A DNA stretch of 64,000 nucleotides, from assembly GCA_050251055.1 (NCBI GenBank), contig JBFWNL010000001.1, positions 1 through 64,000 of the forward strand, given 5' to 3'. The DNA is from Bacteriovoracia bacterium (GTDB taxonomy: Bacteria > Bdellovibrionota > UBA1018 > JBFWNL01). How positions within the stretch are numbered: position 1 is the first letter of the stretch; each line of letters begins with the position of its first letter. The notes beneath the pieces are model-generated. The model did no database searches. It saw only the letters and a list, made by a program, of their open reading frames with translations, and was not told the DNA's origin. The position numbers and the translations under genes were made by a program. This document shows, one piece after another, positions 18,563 to 25,940 of the stretch.

Positions 18563-19441
18563 ATGAATTTACGACGCCTGGAATATTTTCTCACGCTGGC
18601 TCAAACGGGAAACTTGCGCAAAGCATCAGAGTTGCTGCGCGTTTCGCCGCCTGCGCTCTCGAAGGCGATGAAGGTGCTCGAAGAGGAGATCGAGGCGTCA
18701 CTCTGGATTCGCGATGGTCGGCGCATCATCCTCACGGATTCGGGCAAGGCGCTGCTTAAGCGCGCCCCGGCTTTGATCGACGAACTCAACGACCTCAAGC
18801 AAAGCTTGCACGCCGAGCGTGCCGGTCCGCGGCCCGTGAAGATCGGCACGTTCGAGGTTTTTTCGACTTACTTCCTGAGTTTTCTCGATCGCGTGGGTTG
18901 GAACGATCACGCGCTGGAATTGCATGAGCTTCTGCCGGGCGAAGTCGAGCGCTACGTGGGCCAGGGCGAGCTGGATCTGGGCATCACCTATTTACCTGTG
19001 CCGGATCCAAGCTTGGACTTTTTGCGGGTAACGTCGATTGAAATGGGCGTCTTCGCGCGTAAAGGGTCCTTTCGGGGGGTCTCCCAGGAGGAACTGCCGT
19101 TCGTGATTCCCGTGATGCCGCTTCAAGGAGTGCCGACAAAGGTGCGCGGGCTTGACGGCTGGCCGGATGACGCCTATCAGCGCAAAGTTCTGCATCGGGT
19201 GACGTTGATGGAATCCGCGCTTGAGCTTTGCCGACAGGGAAGGGTAGCCGGCTACTTTCCGACCTTCGTGGTGCAGGAGCACAACCGGAGGGTGGAGGCG
19301 GAGTTTCGGCTAGAGCGTCGCAAGTCTCCTTACCCGAATCGCGTTTGCCGGGCCGACGTTTACCTAGTGAAGCGCAAATCGTACGAAGAAACCGTCATCG
19401 CCAAGCAGCTGGCCAAAGCCATCCGATTAGTTTGTGCTTAG
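18563..19441 (+). CDS. LysR family transcriptional regulator
   Basis: MNLRRLEYFLTLAQTGNLRKASELLRVSPPALSKAMKVLEEE HTH; divergent layout. Confidence 0.93.
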   Translation: MNLRRLEYFLTLAQTGNLRKASELLRVSPPALSKAMKVLEEEIEASLWIRDGRRIILTDSGKALLKRAPALIDELNDLKQSLHAERAGPRPVKIGTFEVFSTYFLSFLDRVGWNDHALELHELLPGEVERYVGQGELDLGITYLPVPDPSLDFLRVTSIEMGVFARKGSFRGVSQEELPFVIPVMPLQGVPTKVRGLDGWPDDAYQRKVLHRVTLMESALELCRQGRVAGYFPTFVVQEHNRRVEAEFRLERRKSPYPNRVCRADVYLVKRKSYEETVIAKQLAKAIRLVCA

Positions 19442-19468
19442 CGCGCCGCCGGGTTACATTTAAGGGGA

Positions 19469-20929
19469 TTGGGCAACCACGAACCCCTCCTCATCATCGG
19501 CGCCCTCCTGTTGATCCTGAGCGTCGTTTCCAGCAAAGTCGCGCGTCCACTGGGCGTGCCTTCTCTCATCATATTTATCGGCATCGGCATGATCGCCGGC
19601 AGCGAGGGGCTCGGCGGCATTGAATTCACCAACGCGGCGTGGGCCCAGGCGCTCGGCGTGGTGGCGCTCGTCTACATCCTTTTCGCCGGCGGGTTGGACA
19701 CCGACTTGAAGGCCGTCCGGCCCGTGCTGGTCTCGGGCGGCGTACTGGGTACGGTGGGGGTGATCATCACCTGCCTACTTACCGGCGCCTTCGCCCATTG
19801 GCTCTTGGACTTCAACTGGTGGGAGAGCTTCCTCTTGGGCGCGATCGTCAGCTCGACCGATGCGGGCGCGGTTTTTACCGTGCTACGCGAGAAGAGCATC
19901 CGGTTTAAAGGACGCGTCCAGCCCCTGCTGGAGTTCGAGTCCGGAATCAACGATCCCATGACGGTGCTGCTCACGGTGGGCTTCATTGCCCTCTTGACCG
20001 GCAAGATCGCCACTCCCTGGGAGTTGCTGCCGCGATTCCTCATCGAACTCGTGTCCGGTACGCTCATCGGCATTGGCTCTGGGTATGCCATGGCGTGGCT
20101 ACTGAATCGGATCAAGCTGGAGGCGGAAGGGCTTTATCCCGTACTGAGTTTCGCCTGTGTGCTTTTTATATACAGTATGACCCAGAGCCTTGGCGCGAGT
20201 GGGTTTCTTGCGGTGTATCTGTGCGGCTTGGTTCTGCGCCACCAAGTGTTCATCCACAAAAAGTCCTTGATTCTTTTTCATGAGGGCTTCGCGTGGATCA
20301 TGCAGATTGCGATGTTCTTGGCCTTGGGGCTATTAGTGTTTCCCTCGCAGCTCGTCGTGGTGACCCAAGAAGGGGTCGCGCTTTCGGCATTCCTTGTATT
20401 CGTCGCCCGGCCCGTGGCGGTTTTCCTTTCCCTGGCCGGTGCGCAGTTCAATTTCCGTGAGAAGCTGCTCATTTCCTGGGTGGGTCTCCGGGGTAGCGTG
20501 CCGATTATCTTCGCGACTTATCCGCTGTTGGCCGGCATTGGCAAGGCCGAGCTGATTTTCAACCTGGTTTTTTTTATCGTGCTGACCTCCGTGCTCGTAC
20601 AGGGGACCGGCGTCGCCCGCGTCGCGCGGTGGCTGCGGGTGGATGCGCCGATTCAAAAAAAGGTGCGCTTTCCTCTGGAGTATATACCTACCGGGAACAT
20701 GATGAGCGATCTGGTCGCGGTGCAAGTACCGAAGCATTCGCCCATCGTGGGCAAGTCGATCCTAGAGCTAGGGCTGCCGAAAGACGCGCTCGTGGTGCTT
20801 ATCCAACGCAAGGGGAACGTGATCGTGCCCAAGGGTGGCACCCATCTGGAAGTGGACGACGCGATGCTCGTATTGGCGGAGAAATCTGCGCTTGCGGAAG
20901 TGCATCGTCTCGTGGGTCCTCAAGCTTGA
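19469..20929 (+). CDS. cvrA: K+/H+ antiporter (CvrA/NhaP2) with TrkA-C domain
   Basis: GSEGLGGI, SSTDAGAVF, EFESGINDP, WVGLRGSVPI; C-terminal RCK_C. Confidence 0.9.
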   Translation: MGNHEPLLIIGALLLILSVVSSKVARPLGVPSLIIFIGIGMIAGSEGLGGIEFTNAAWAQALGVVALVYILFAGGLDTDLKAVRPVLVSGGVLGTVGVIITCLLTGAFAHWLLDFNWWESFLLGAIVSSTDAGAVFTVLREKSIRFKGRVQPLLEFESGINDPMTVLLTVGFIALLTGKIATPWELLPRFLIELVSGTLIGIGSGYAMAWLLNRIKLEAEGLYPVLSFACVLFIYSMTQSLGASGFLAVYLCGLVLRHQVFIHKKSLILFHEGFAWIMQIAMFLALGLLVFPSQLVVVTQEGVALSAFLVFVARPVAVFLSLAGAQFNFREKLLISWVGLRGSVPIIFATYPLLAGIGKAELIFNLVFFIVLTSVLVQGTGVARVARWLRVDAPIQKKVRFPLEYIPTGNMMSDLVAVQVPKHSPIVGKSILELGLPKDALVVLIQRKGNVIVPKGGTHLEVDDAMLVLAEKSALAEVHRLVGPQA

Positions 20930-21057
20930 GTGAACCCCTTGGCCGAGATTGGCGCGGGGACGCGCCAATCGTGCCACCGGTTTGTCAAAATTCGCCGTGA
21001 AACACGCTTAAAAATCATTTAAACAGAATCCGGCGAGACGCTTTGGGTCGTGTGCAT

Positions 21058-21073
21058 TGGCGTATCCCTTGCT
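21058..21073 (+). promoter_or_regulatory. sigma54 (-24/-12) promoter of the BON operon
   Basis: TGGCGT-ATCCC-TTGCT, followed by AGGAGG RBS and ATG 21107. Confidence 0.65.
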
Positions 21074-21106
21074 TTATCTACCCTCAAGCACATCAGGAGG
21101 GCGAAG

Positions 21107-21562
21107 ATGAAGAAGCGAGTCGGCATCGGAGTGTCATTGGGGTTAGGCGTTTTCTGCGCGGGGGCGTTGGCCCTCCAGGGGCCCGGACCGGGCACGACGG
21201 GGGGAGGCTCCAGTATTCCTTCGGCCATGCCCACGCAAGCGCCTACCCTCGCCCCGCCGGTAACCGGCGCACCTGACATCACGGGTACCGCTCGTTTGAA
21301 CACGCAAGCCCCCGTGGGGACGAACCAACGCGACGCGAATGTCATGGATCTCTCGCTAACGCGCAGCATTCGCCGGGATCTTCAACGTGAACAGGGTCTC
21401 TCGCCGCTTGCCCAAGGCGTGAACATCATTACCACCCAGGACCGCATCACCCTACAAGGGAACGTGCGGAGCATCCGCGAGCGTGACCGCATCGAGAATT
21501 TGGCGCGTAGCCGTGCCGGTACCAAAACTGTCGTCAACGAAATGCAAATCGTCACCGAATAG
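21107..21562 (+). CDS. BON domain (OsmY-like) exported protein
   Basis: Signal peptide; DLSLTRSIRRDL...VNIIT...ITLQGNV...VVNEM. Confidence 0.88.
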   Translation: MKKRVGIGVSLGLGVFCAGALALQGPGPGTTGGGSSIPSAMPTQAPTLAPPVTGAPDITGTARLNTQAPVGTNQRDANVMDLSLTRSIRRDLQREQGLSPLAQGVNIITTQDRITLQGNVRSIRERDRIENLARSRAGTKTVVNEMQIVTE

Positions 21563-21589
21563 TCGGGGCGAATTCAACAAGGAGAAAAG

Positions 21590-22231
21590 ATGAGACGCAA
21601 GCAATCCAAGTACGGGAAGCCATTTGTAGTCTTCGCGGCGGCTGGGGTTTTGGGAGTGGCGGTGAGCTGCTCGAACGGCGCCTCGGCGGTGAAGAACGCC
21701 GCGGTAGCGGGAAACGTCATGGGCACCTGGGAAGGAAAGTGCCATGACAGTGACCTGCTCGATCTCTCTATGCAGGAGTTTCTGATGTTTGAAGGCGCAG
21801 ACACGCAGCTGGTGCAGCGCTTTTACTCGGAGGACGACTGCCGCGAGCCAGCGGTGATCGTACGCTACAAAGGAAGTTTCGTCGTGCGGGAAGATGTCGC
21901 CGAAACCCCGGGGGGCAAACAGGTTGACTTCGAGTATAACACCGTGACGGTGACGGCGCTTAACGAAGCGGGTCGCAAGACGCTCGATAACACGGATTTT
22001 TGCGGTCATGAGGAATGGATGGTCAACACGGAGGTGGATCTAACCGTGAACAGTACGCGTGACCTTTGCCTGCTTTACGATACGCCCCATGCTAAGTACG
22101 ACATCTTCCTCGTTAACGGCGACGAGCTGAAGATGGGCTTGAAGGAAGGGGAACGCGATAAGTCGACGCCCGGCCTTCGCCCGATTCACGTGGGCGGCGA
22201 AGTCTACCTGAAGTCGGAAGTGGAGCTGTAA
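21590..22231 (+). CDS. lipoprotein of unknown function (beta-barrel/lipocalin-like)
   Basis: Lipobox VAVSC; GTWEGKC, YSEDDC; AAGGAG RBS. Confidence 0.7.
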   Translation: MRRKQSKYGKPFVVFAAAGVLGVAVSCSNGASAVKNAAVAGNVMGTWEGKCHDSDLLDLSMQEFLMFEGADTQLVQRFYSEDDCREPAVIVRYKGSFVVREDVAETPGGKQVDFEYNTVTVTALNEAGRKTLDNTDFCGHEEWMVNTEVDLTVNSTRDLCLLYDTPHAKYDIFLVNGDELKMGLKEGERDKSTPGLRPIHVGGEVYLKSEVEL

Positions 22232-22545
22232 TGAATTCGCCGAAGGATCCCTCGATGAACCCATCGGGCAATCCGAACGCGGCGGCGGCCGCCAGCCCCG
22301 GGCTGGCGGCCGTCCCACAAGCCTGCGAGGTTTGCGGAAATGAGTATGATCACCTGATGGAGATCCGTCAGGATGGGAAGGTCCGACGCTTTGACTCCTT
22401 CGAGTGCGCCATCGCCGGCATGGCCCCGCGCTGCACGCACTGCAAATGCGCGATTATCGGGCATGGGGTGGCAAACGAGGAAGGCCAGGTGTTTTGTTGC
22501 GCGAACTGCCTGCGGCAAGTCGGCAGCGCGGCGCTCAGCGCCTGA
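22231..22545 (+). CDS. Cys-rich metal-binding (prokaryotic metallothionein-like) protein
   Basis: CEVCGNEYD, FDSFECAI, CTHCKCAIIGHGV, FCCANC; TAATG coupling. Confidence 0.82.
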   Translation: MNSPKDPSMNPSGNPNAAAAASPGLAAVPQACEVCGNEYDHLMEIRQDGKVRRFDSFECAIAGMAPRCTHCKCAIIGHGVANEEGQVFCCANCLRQVGSAALSA

Positions 22546-22566
22546 ACTCGGCGACACGGGCAAATG

Positions 22567-22616
22567 AAAGGGCCTTGACCCGCGCGACCCATGAGGTCGG
22601 GGGGGCAAGGCCCTTT
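22567..22616. terminator. hairpin between convergent genes, probable bidirectional terminator
   Basis: AAAGGGCCTTG...CAAGGCCCTTT arms with inner CGACC/GGTCG stem. Confidence 0.6.
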
Positions 22617-22639
22617 GTCATTTCGGTGCGAGAAATCGA

Positions 22640-23248
22640 TCAAGCGGCTACCCGTGCTTGAGAAATGGCGGCGTCGAGCCGGTCAGAAGCCACGTTCCAA
22701 TCCAAGCATTTTTTGACCGCCTGGTAGTATTTGTCCTTCGCGATGCCGTAGTCGATGGCGTAGGCGTGCTCCCATCCGTCCACCGCCAGGAGGATCGTCT
22801 GTTCCACGAGCATCCCGCGATGGTGTTCTTCCAGGGCGACCGTGCAGAGGGCTCGGTTGACATGCGAATACGTCAGGAGCGCCCATCCGTTCACCGATTT
22901 CAATGCCGCTTGCGTGTACTTATACCAATCTTCCAACGAGCCGTAATCTTCCGTCAGCATTTCCAGCAGCACGGAGCTCGGATCGGTACGCTCAGCCGTC
23001 AGGTTTTCGAAGAAAAGCTCATGCAAGTAGGCGCCGTTGAAAGGTACCGACTTGCGCCGGTAAAGCTCCGAAATCTCGGCGTAACTGTAGTTGGCTTCGT
23101 CGAGTTTGGCTTTCGCGATGAGATTTTCGATCTCATTGATTTTCTTCACGTAGCCCCGGTAGAGCTCGAAGTGCGCCTCGAGTTGCTCGGCCGAGAATCC
23201 GGGGAGCTTGCCGACGAGATGGTTAAAGTTCTTTGTGTGATGGGTCAT
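22640..23248 (-). CDS. Fe/Mn superoxide dismutase family protein
   Basis: Metal ligands HFELYRGY, NGAYLHELFF, DGWEHAY; AAGGAG RBS. Confidence 0.9.
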   Translation of the reverse strand: MTHHTKNFNHLVGKLPGFSAEQLEAHFELYRGYVKKINEIENLIAKAKLDEANYSYAEISELYRRKSVPFNGAYLHELFFENLTAERTDPSSVLLEMLTEDYGSLEDWYKYTQAALKSVNGWALLTYSHVNRALCTVALEEHHRGMLVEQTILLAVDGWEHAYAIDYGIAKDKYYQAVKKCLDWNVASDRLDAAISQARVAA

Positions 23249-23273
23249 GTGCGTTCTCCTTGTGGAAAAGAAT

Positions 23274-23289
23274 AGCAAGGTCGGTGCCA
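23274..23289 (-). promoter_or_regulatory. sigma54 promoter of SOD
   Basis: Minus strand reads TGGCAC-CGACC-TTGCT, a consensus match. Confidence 0.75.
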
Positions 23290-23294
23290 CGGGT

Positions 23295-23310
23295 TGGCAT
23301 CGCCCTTGCT
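23295..23310 (+). promoter_or_regulatory. sigma54 promoter of the small-protein/type III PKS operon
   Basis: TGGCAT-CGCCC-TTGCT. Confidence 0.7.
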
Positions 23311-23321
23311 GGTAAATGGGC

Positions 23322-23567
23322 ATGAGAAAAACAAATATACTTCCGTTGGCAAGCTTGATGCTTTTCAGTCTCGCATTTGCGGAGAGCCCAAAGGAGACGG
23401 CTCGGGAGGCGGGTCGCGACGTGAAGCGGCAGGCGCGTGAGGCGAAACGCGCGGTCCAGGATGAGGTGTGTCATTGGGTCAAGGGCAAGCTCGAATGCAC
23501 GAAAGAGAAGATCAAACGGGACGTGAAAGACGCGGTTGACGACGTTAAAGACACCGTGGATAAGTGA
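23322..23567 (+). CDS. small exported helical protein
   Basis: Signal ending AFA; charged amphipathic helices; VCHWVKGKLEC Cys pair. Confidence 0.7.
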   Translation: MRKTNILPLASLMLFSLAFAESPKETAREAGRDVKRQAREAKRAVQDEVCHWVKGKLECTKEKIKRDVKDAVDDVKDTVDK

Positions 23568-23570
23568 TAG

Positions 23571-24698
23571 GTGATCCTTTCTCACTTTTCCGTTCATTTG
23601 CCTCCTTATTCGGCGTCTCAAGGCGAGCTGTTGGATTGGGTGGCGCGCCTACACACACGTGCTGATGAGGTGCGGGCTACGCCCGAGCGTTCGCCGCGGG
23701 GCCCGGCGGAAATGGAGCGGCTCGTTCGTCGCTATGGATGTAGCCCCGAGAAGATTGGGCGCCGCTATTCTTACATTAACGAATTCCTGAACACCGATTT
23801 TTCCGTAAACGAGGTTTATCGAATCGGATCCAACCAGGCCTCGGGCGTGGACACGCGAGCCCGCACGGAGATTTACGGACGTATCGCGGACCGGGTTTTT
23901 GGAGAGCTATATCCAGTCGGGGAGTCGGCGCCGAATCACCTCATCCACGTCACCTGCACGGGTTACCTTTCCCCGAGCGCCGCTCAGAAGTTGGTCGGCA
24001 CGCACGGGTGGCATGGACGCACAGACGTCACCCACGCCTACCACATGGGTTGTTACGGGGCGCTGCCCGCGATCCGCATGGCCGAAGGTTTTTTGGCTTC
24101 CCGCGCGGTTCCCCAGGGTGGCCACGTGGATATCGTGCACACCGAAGTCTGTTCGCTACAGATGGATCCGGCCGATCACTCTCCTGAGCAGCTCATCGTG
24201 CAGAGCTTGTTTGCGGACGGCTCTATCCGCTATCGCCTGAGCGAGCGCCCCGCCGCGGGCCTGCAGGTGCTGGCCGTGGGCGAGTACCTGGTGCCCGGAT
24301 CGAGCGGTTCCATGACTTGGATCACGGGCGCCCACGGTATGCGCATGACGCTGGCTAGGGAGGTGCCGTTTCAGATCGCCGAATACCTAAAGCCTTGCCT
24401 CGAAAATCTTCGCGCGCGCGCGGGCCTGGGGGCCAGCCGCGAGCCTATGCTTTACGCCATTCACCCAGGGGGCCCCAAGATCATCGAAAATCTGGCGTCT
24501 TTCTTGAGCCTTTCGCCAGATCAAGTCCACCACAGCCAAGAGATCCTGCGCACGCGGGGTAATCTCTCTTCGGCCACGCTGCCCCACGTTTGGGAGCTTC
24601 TCGTGCGCGACGCGGCGGTCCCCACGGGAACGCCCATCCTGAGCCTGGCGTTCGGCCCCGGGTTGACTATCTTTGGTGCGGTACTAAGAAAGATCTGA
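23571..24698 (+). CDS. type III polyketide synthase (chalcone synthase-like)
   Basis: HVTCTG, HMGCYGA (Cys), SLFADG, IHPGGPKI (His), RGNLSSAT (Asn), LAFGPGLT. Confidence 0.93.
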   Translation: MILSHFSVHLPPYSASQGELLDWVARLHTRADEVRATPERSPRGPAEMERLVRRYGCSPEKIGRRYSYINEFLNTDFSVNEVYRIGSNQASGVDTRARTEIYGRIADRVFGELYPVGESAPNHLIHVTCTGYLSPSAAQKLVGTHGWHGRTDVTHAYHMGCYGALPAIRMAEGFLASRAVPQGGHVDIVHTEVCSLQMDPADHSPEQLIVQSLFADGSIRYRLSERPAAGLQVLAVGEYLVPGSSGSMTWITGAHGMRMTLAREVPFQIAEYLKPCLENLRARAGLGASREPMLYAIHPGGPKIIENLASFLSLSPDQVHHSQEILRTRGNLSSATLPHVWELLVRDAAVPTGTPILSLAFGPGLTIFGAVLRKI

Positions 24699-25195
24699 TG
24701 TCAGGAGTTAGCCCCTTTCTCCTCACGCTTCCCGTGTTATTCCAGGGCCTCGCGATGGTGTTCGACGAGTTTATTTTTCATCGGCGGCGCGGACTTCCCC
24801 GGTGGGAGCGCATCGGGCATCCCATTGACACCGTCGGCGTGCTCCTTTGCCTGGGCTGGTTACTGAGTCGACCGCCGGAGTCCGGCCCGCTCTTCGGGTA
24901 CGCGCTCCTGGCCGTGGGCTCTTGCTTGCTCGTGACAAAGGACGAGTGGGTGCACGCGGGACGCTGCTCCCGCGGCGAACATTGGCTGCACGCCCTGCTC
25001 TTCGTCCTGCATCCGATGGTGCTTGCCGCGAACGCCGTGCTCTGGTGGCAAGGTCAAGTCTCCCCCTGGCTTTGGGCGCAGCTCGGCGCGATGATCATTT
25101 TTCTTCTCTATCAGGTTTTTTATTGGAATTATTTTTTCACGCCGGAACGAGTTCCAGAAAGGGCGGGCCATCATGGTGAACGTCGCGGTCAATAA
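24698..25195 (+). CDS. His/Asp-motif membrane protein in the PKS operon
   Basis: 4-5 TM; FDEFIFHRRRGLPRWERIGHPIDT, TKDEWVH, EHWLHALLFVLHP; TGATG coupling. Confidence 0.75.
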   Translation: MSGVSPFLLTLPVLFQGLAMVFDEFIFHRRRGLPRWERIGHPIDTVGVLLCLGWLLSRPPESGPLFGYALLAVGSCLLVTKDEWVHAGRCSRGEHWLHALLFVLHPMVLAANAVLWWQGQVSPWLWAQLGAMIIFLLYQVFYWNYFFTPERVPERAGHHGERRGQ

Positions 25196-25934
25196 TGAGT
25201 TATATGATACGCTCGGAGACCGGTGGTACACCGCCTATGACGATCCGGTCGCGCTGCTACGCGCGGAAGGAAAAGCGCGTAACCCATGGGCGCAGCGGGT
25301 GATTGCCGAAAAGCTGGGCTCCGGCGCCCATCGGGTGCTAGACCTGGGGTGCGGGGCGGGGTTTCTCACGAACTATTTAGCCACCCAGGGTCACGAAGTC
25401 ACGGGTTTGGATCTCTCTGAGTCGAGTCTGGCCGTAGCGCGCGCGCATGATGGCACGCAGCGGGTGAGTTACGTCCAGGGGGACATCTGCCGGGCCCCGT
25501 TTCCCGATGCCAGCTTCGACGTCGTCTGCGCCATGGACGTGCTGGAGCACATCGAGGATCCACGCGCCATGATCCGGGGGGCCGCGCGACTGCTCCGGCC
25601 CGGAGGCCTCTTTTTCTTTCACACCTTCAATCGCAATCCCATTTCGGGCGTCGTGGTCATCAAGGGGGTAGAGTGGCTGGTGAAGAATACGCCCCCACAT
25701 ATGCACGTGTACCGCCTGTTCATCAAACCGCGCGAGTTGGCTTACTATTGCCGGTCGGTGGGCCTTGACGTTGCCCAGTGGGTGGGAACCCGCCCCCGGT
25801 TGAAGCCGAGCTTGCTCAAGGCCATTTTTACGGGCGTAGTACCTCAGAATTTCGAATTCAAGCTGATGCCCGCGCGGCATGCGGGCTCGCTTTCCCTGCT
25901 GATGGGATATTCCGGCTACGCTGTGAAGAAGTAA
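25173..25934 (+). CDS. ubiG: UbiG-family O-methyltransferase, probably a PKS tailoring enzyme
   Basis: VLDLGCGAG, FDVVCAMDVLEH, FFFHTFNRN, HVYRLFIKPREL; symbol is family-level only. Confidence 0.8.
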   Translation: MVNVAVNNELYDTLGDRWYTAYDDPVALLRAEGKARNPWAQRVIAEKLGSGAHRVLDLGCGAGFLTNYLATQGHEVTGLDLSESSLAVARAHDGTQRVSYVQGDICRAPFPDASFDVVCAMDVLEHIEDPRAMIRGAARLLRPGGLFFFHTFNRNPISGVVVIKGVEWLVKNTPPHMHVYRLFIKPRELAYYCRSVGLDVAQWVGTRPRLKPSLLKAIFTGVVPQNFEFKLMPARHAGSLSLLMGYSGYAVKK

Positions 25935-25940
25935 TCCGAC

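Noticed and set aside
20963-20977. Minus-strand TGGCACGATTGGCGC as a sigma54 promoter
   Set aside because: Lacks the TT before GC and points antisense into the antiporter gene.
25173-25934. Ubiquinone biosynthesis locus
   Set aside because: No other ubi genes nearby; the gene is coupled to a type III PKS operon.
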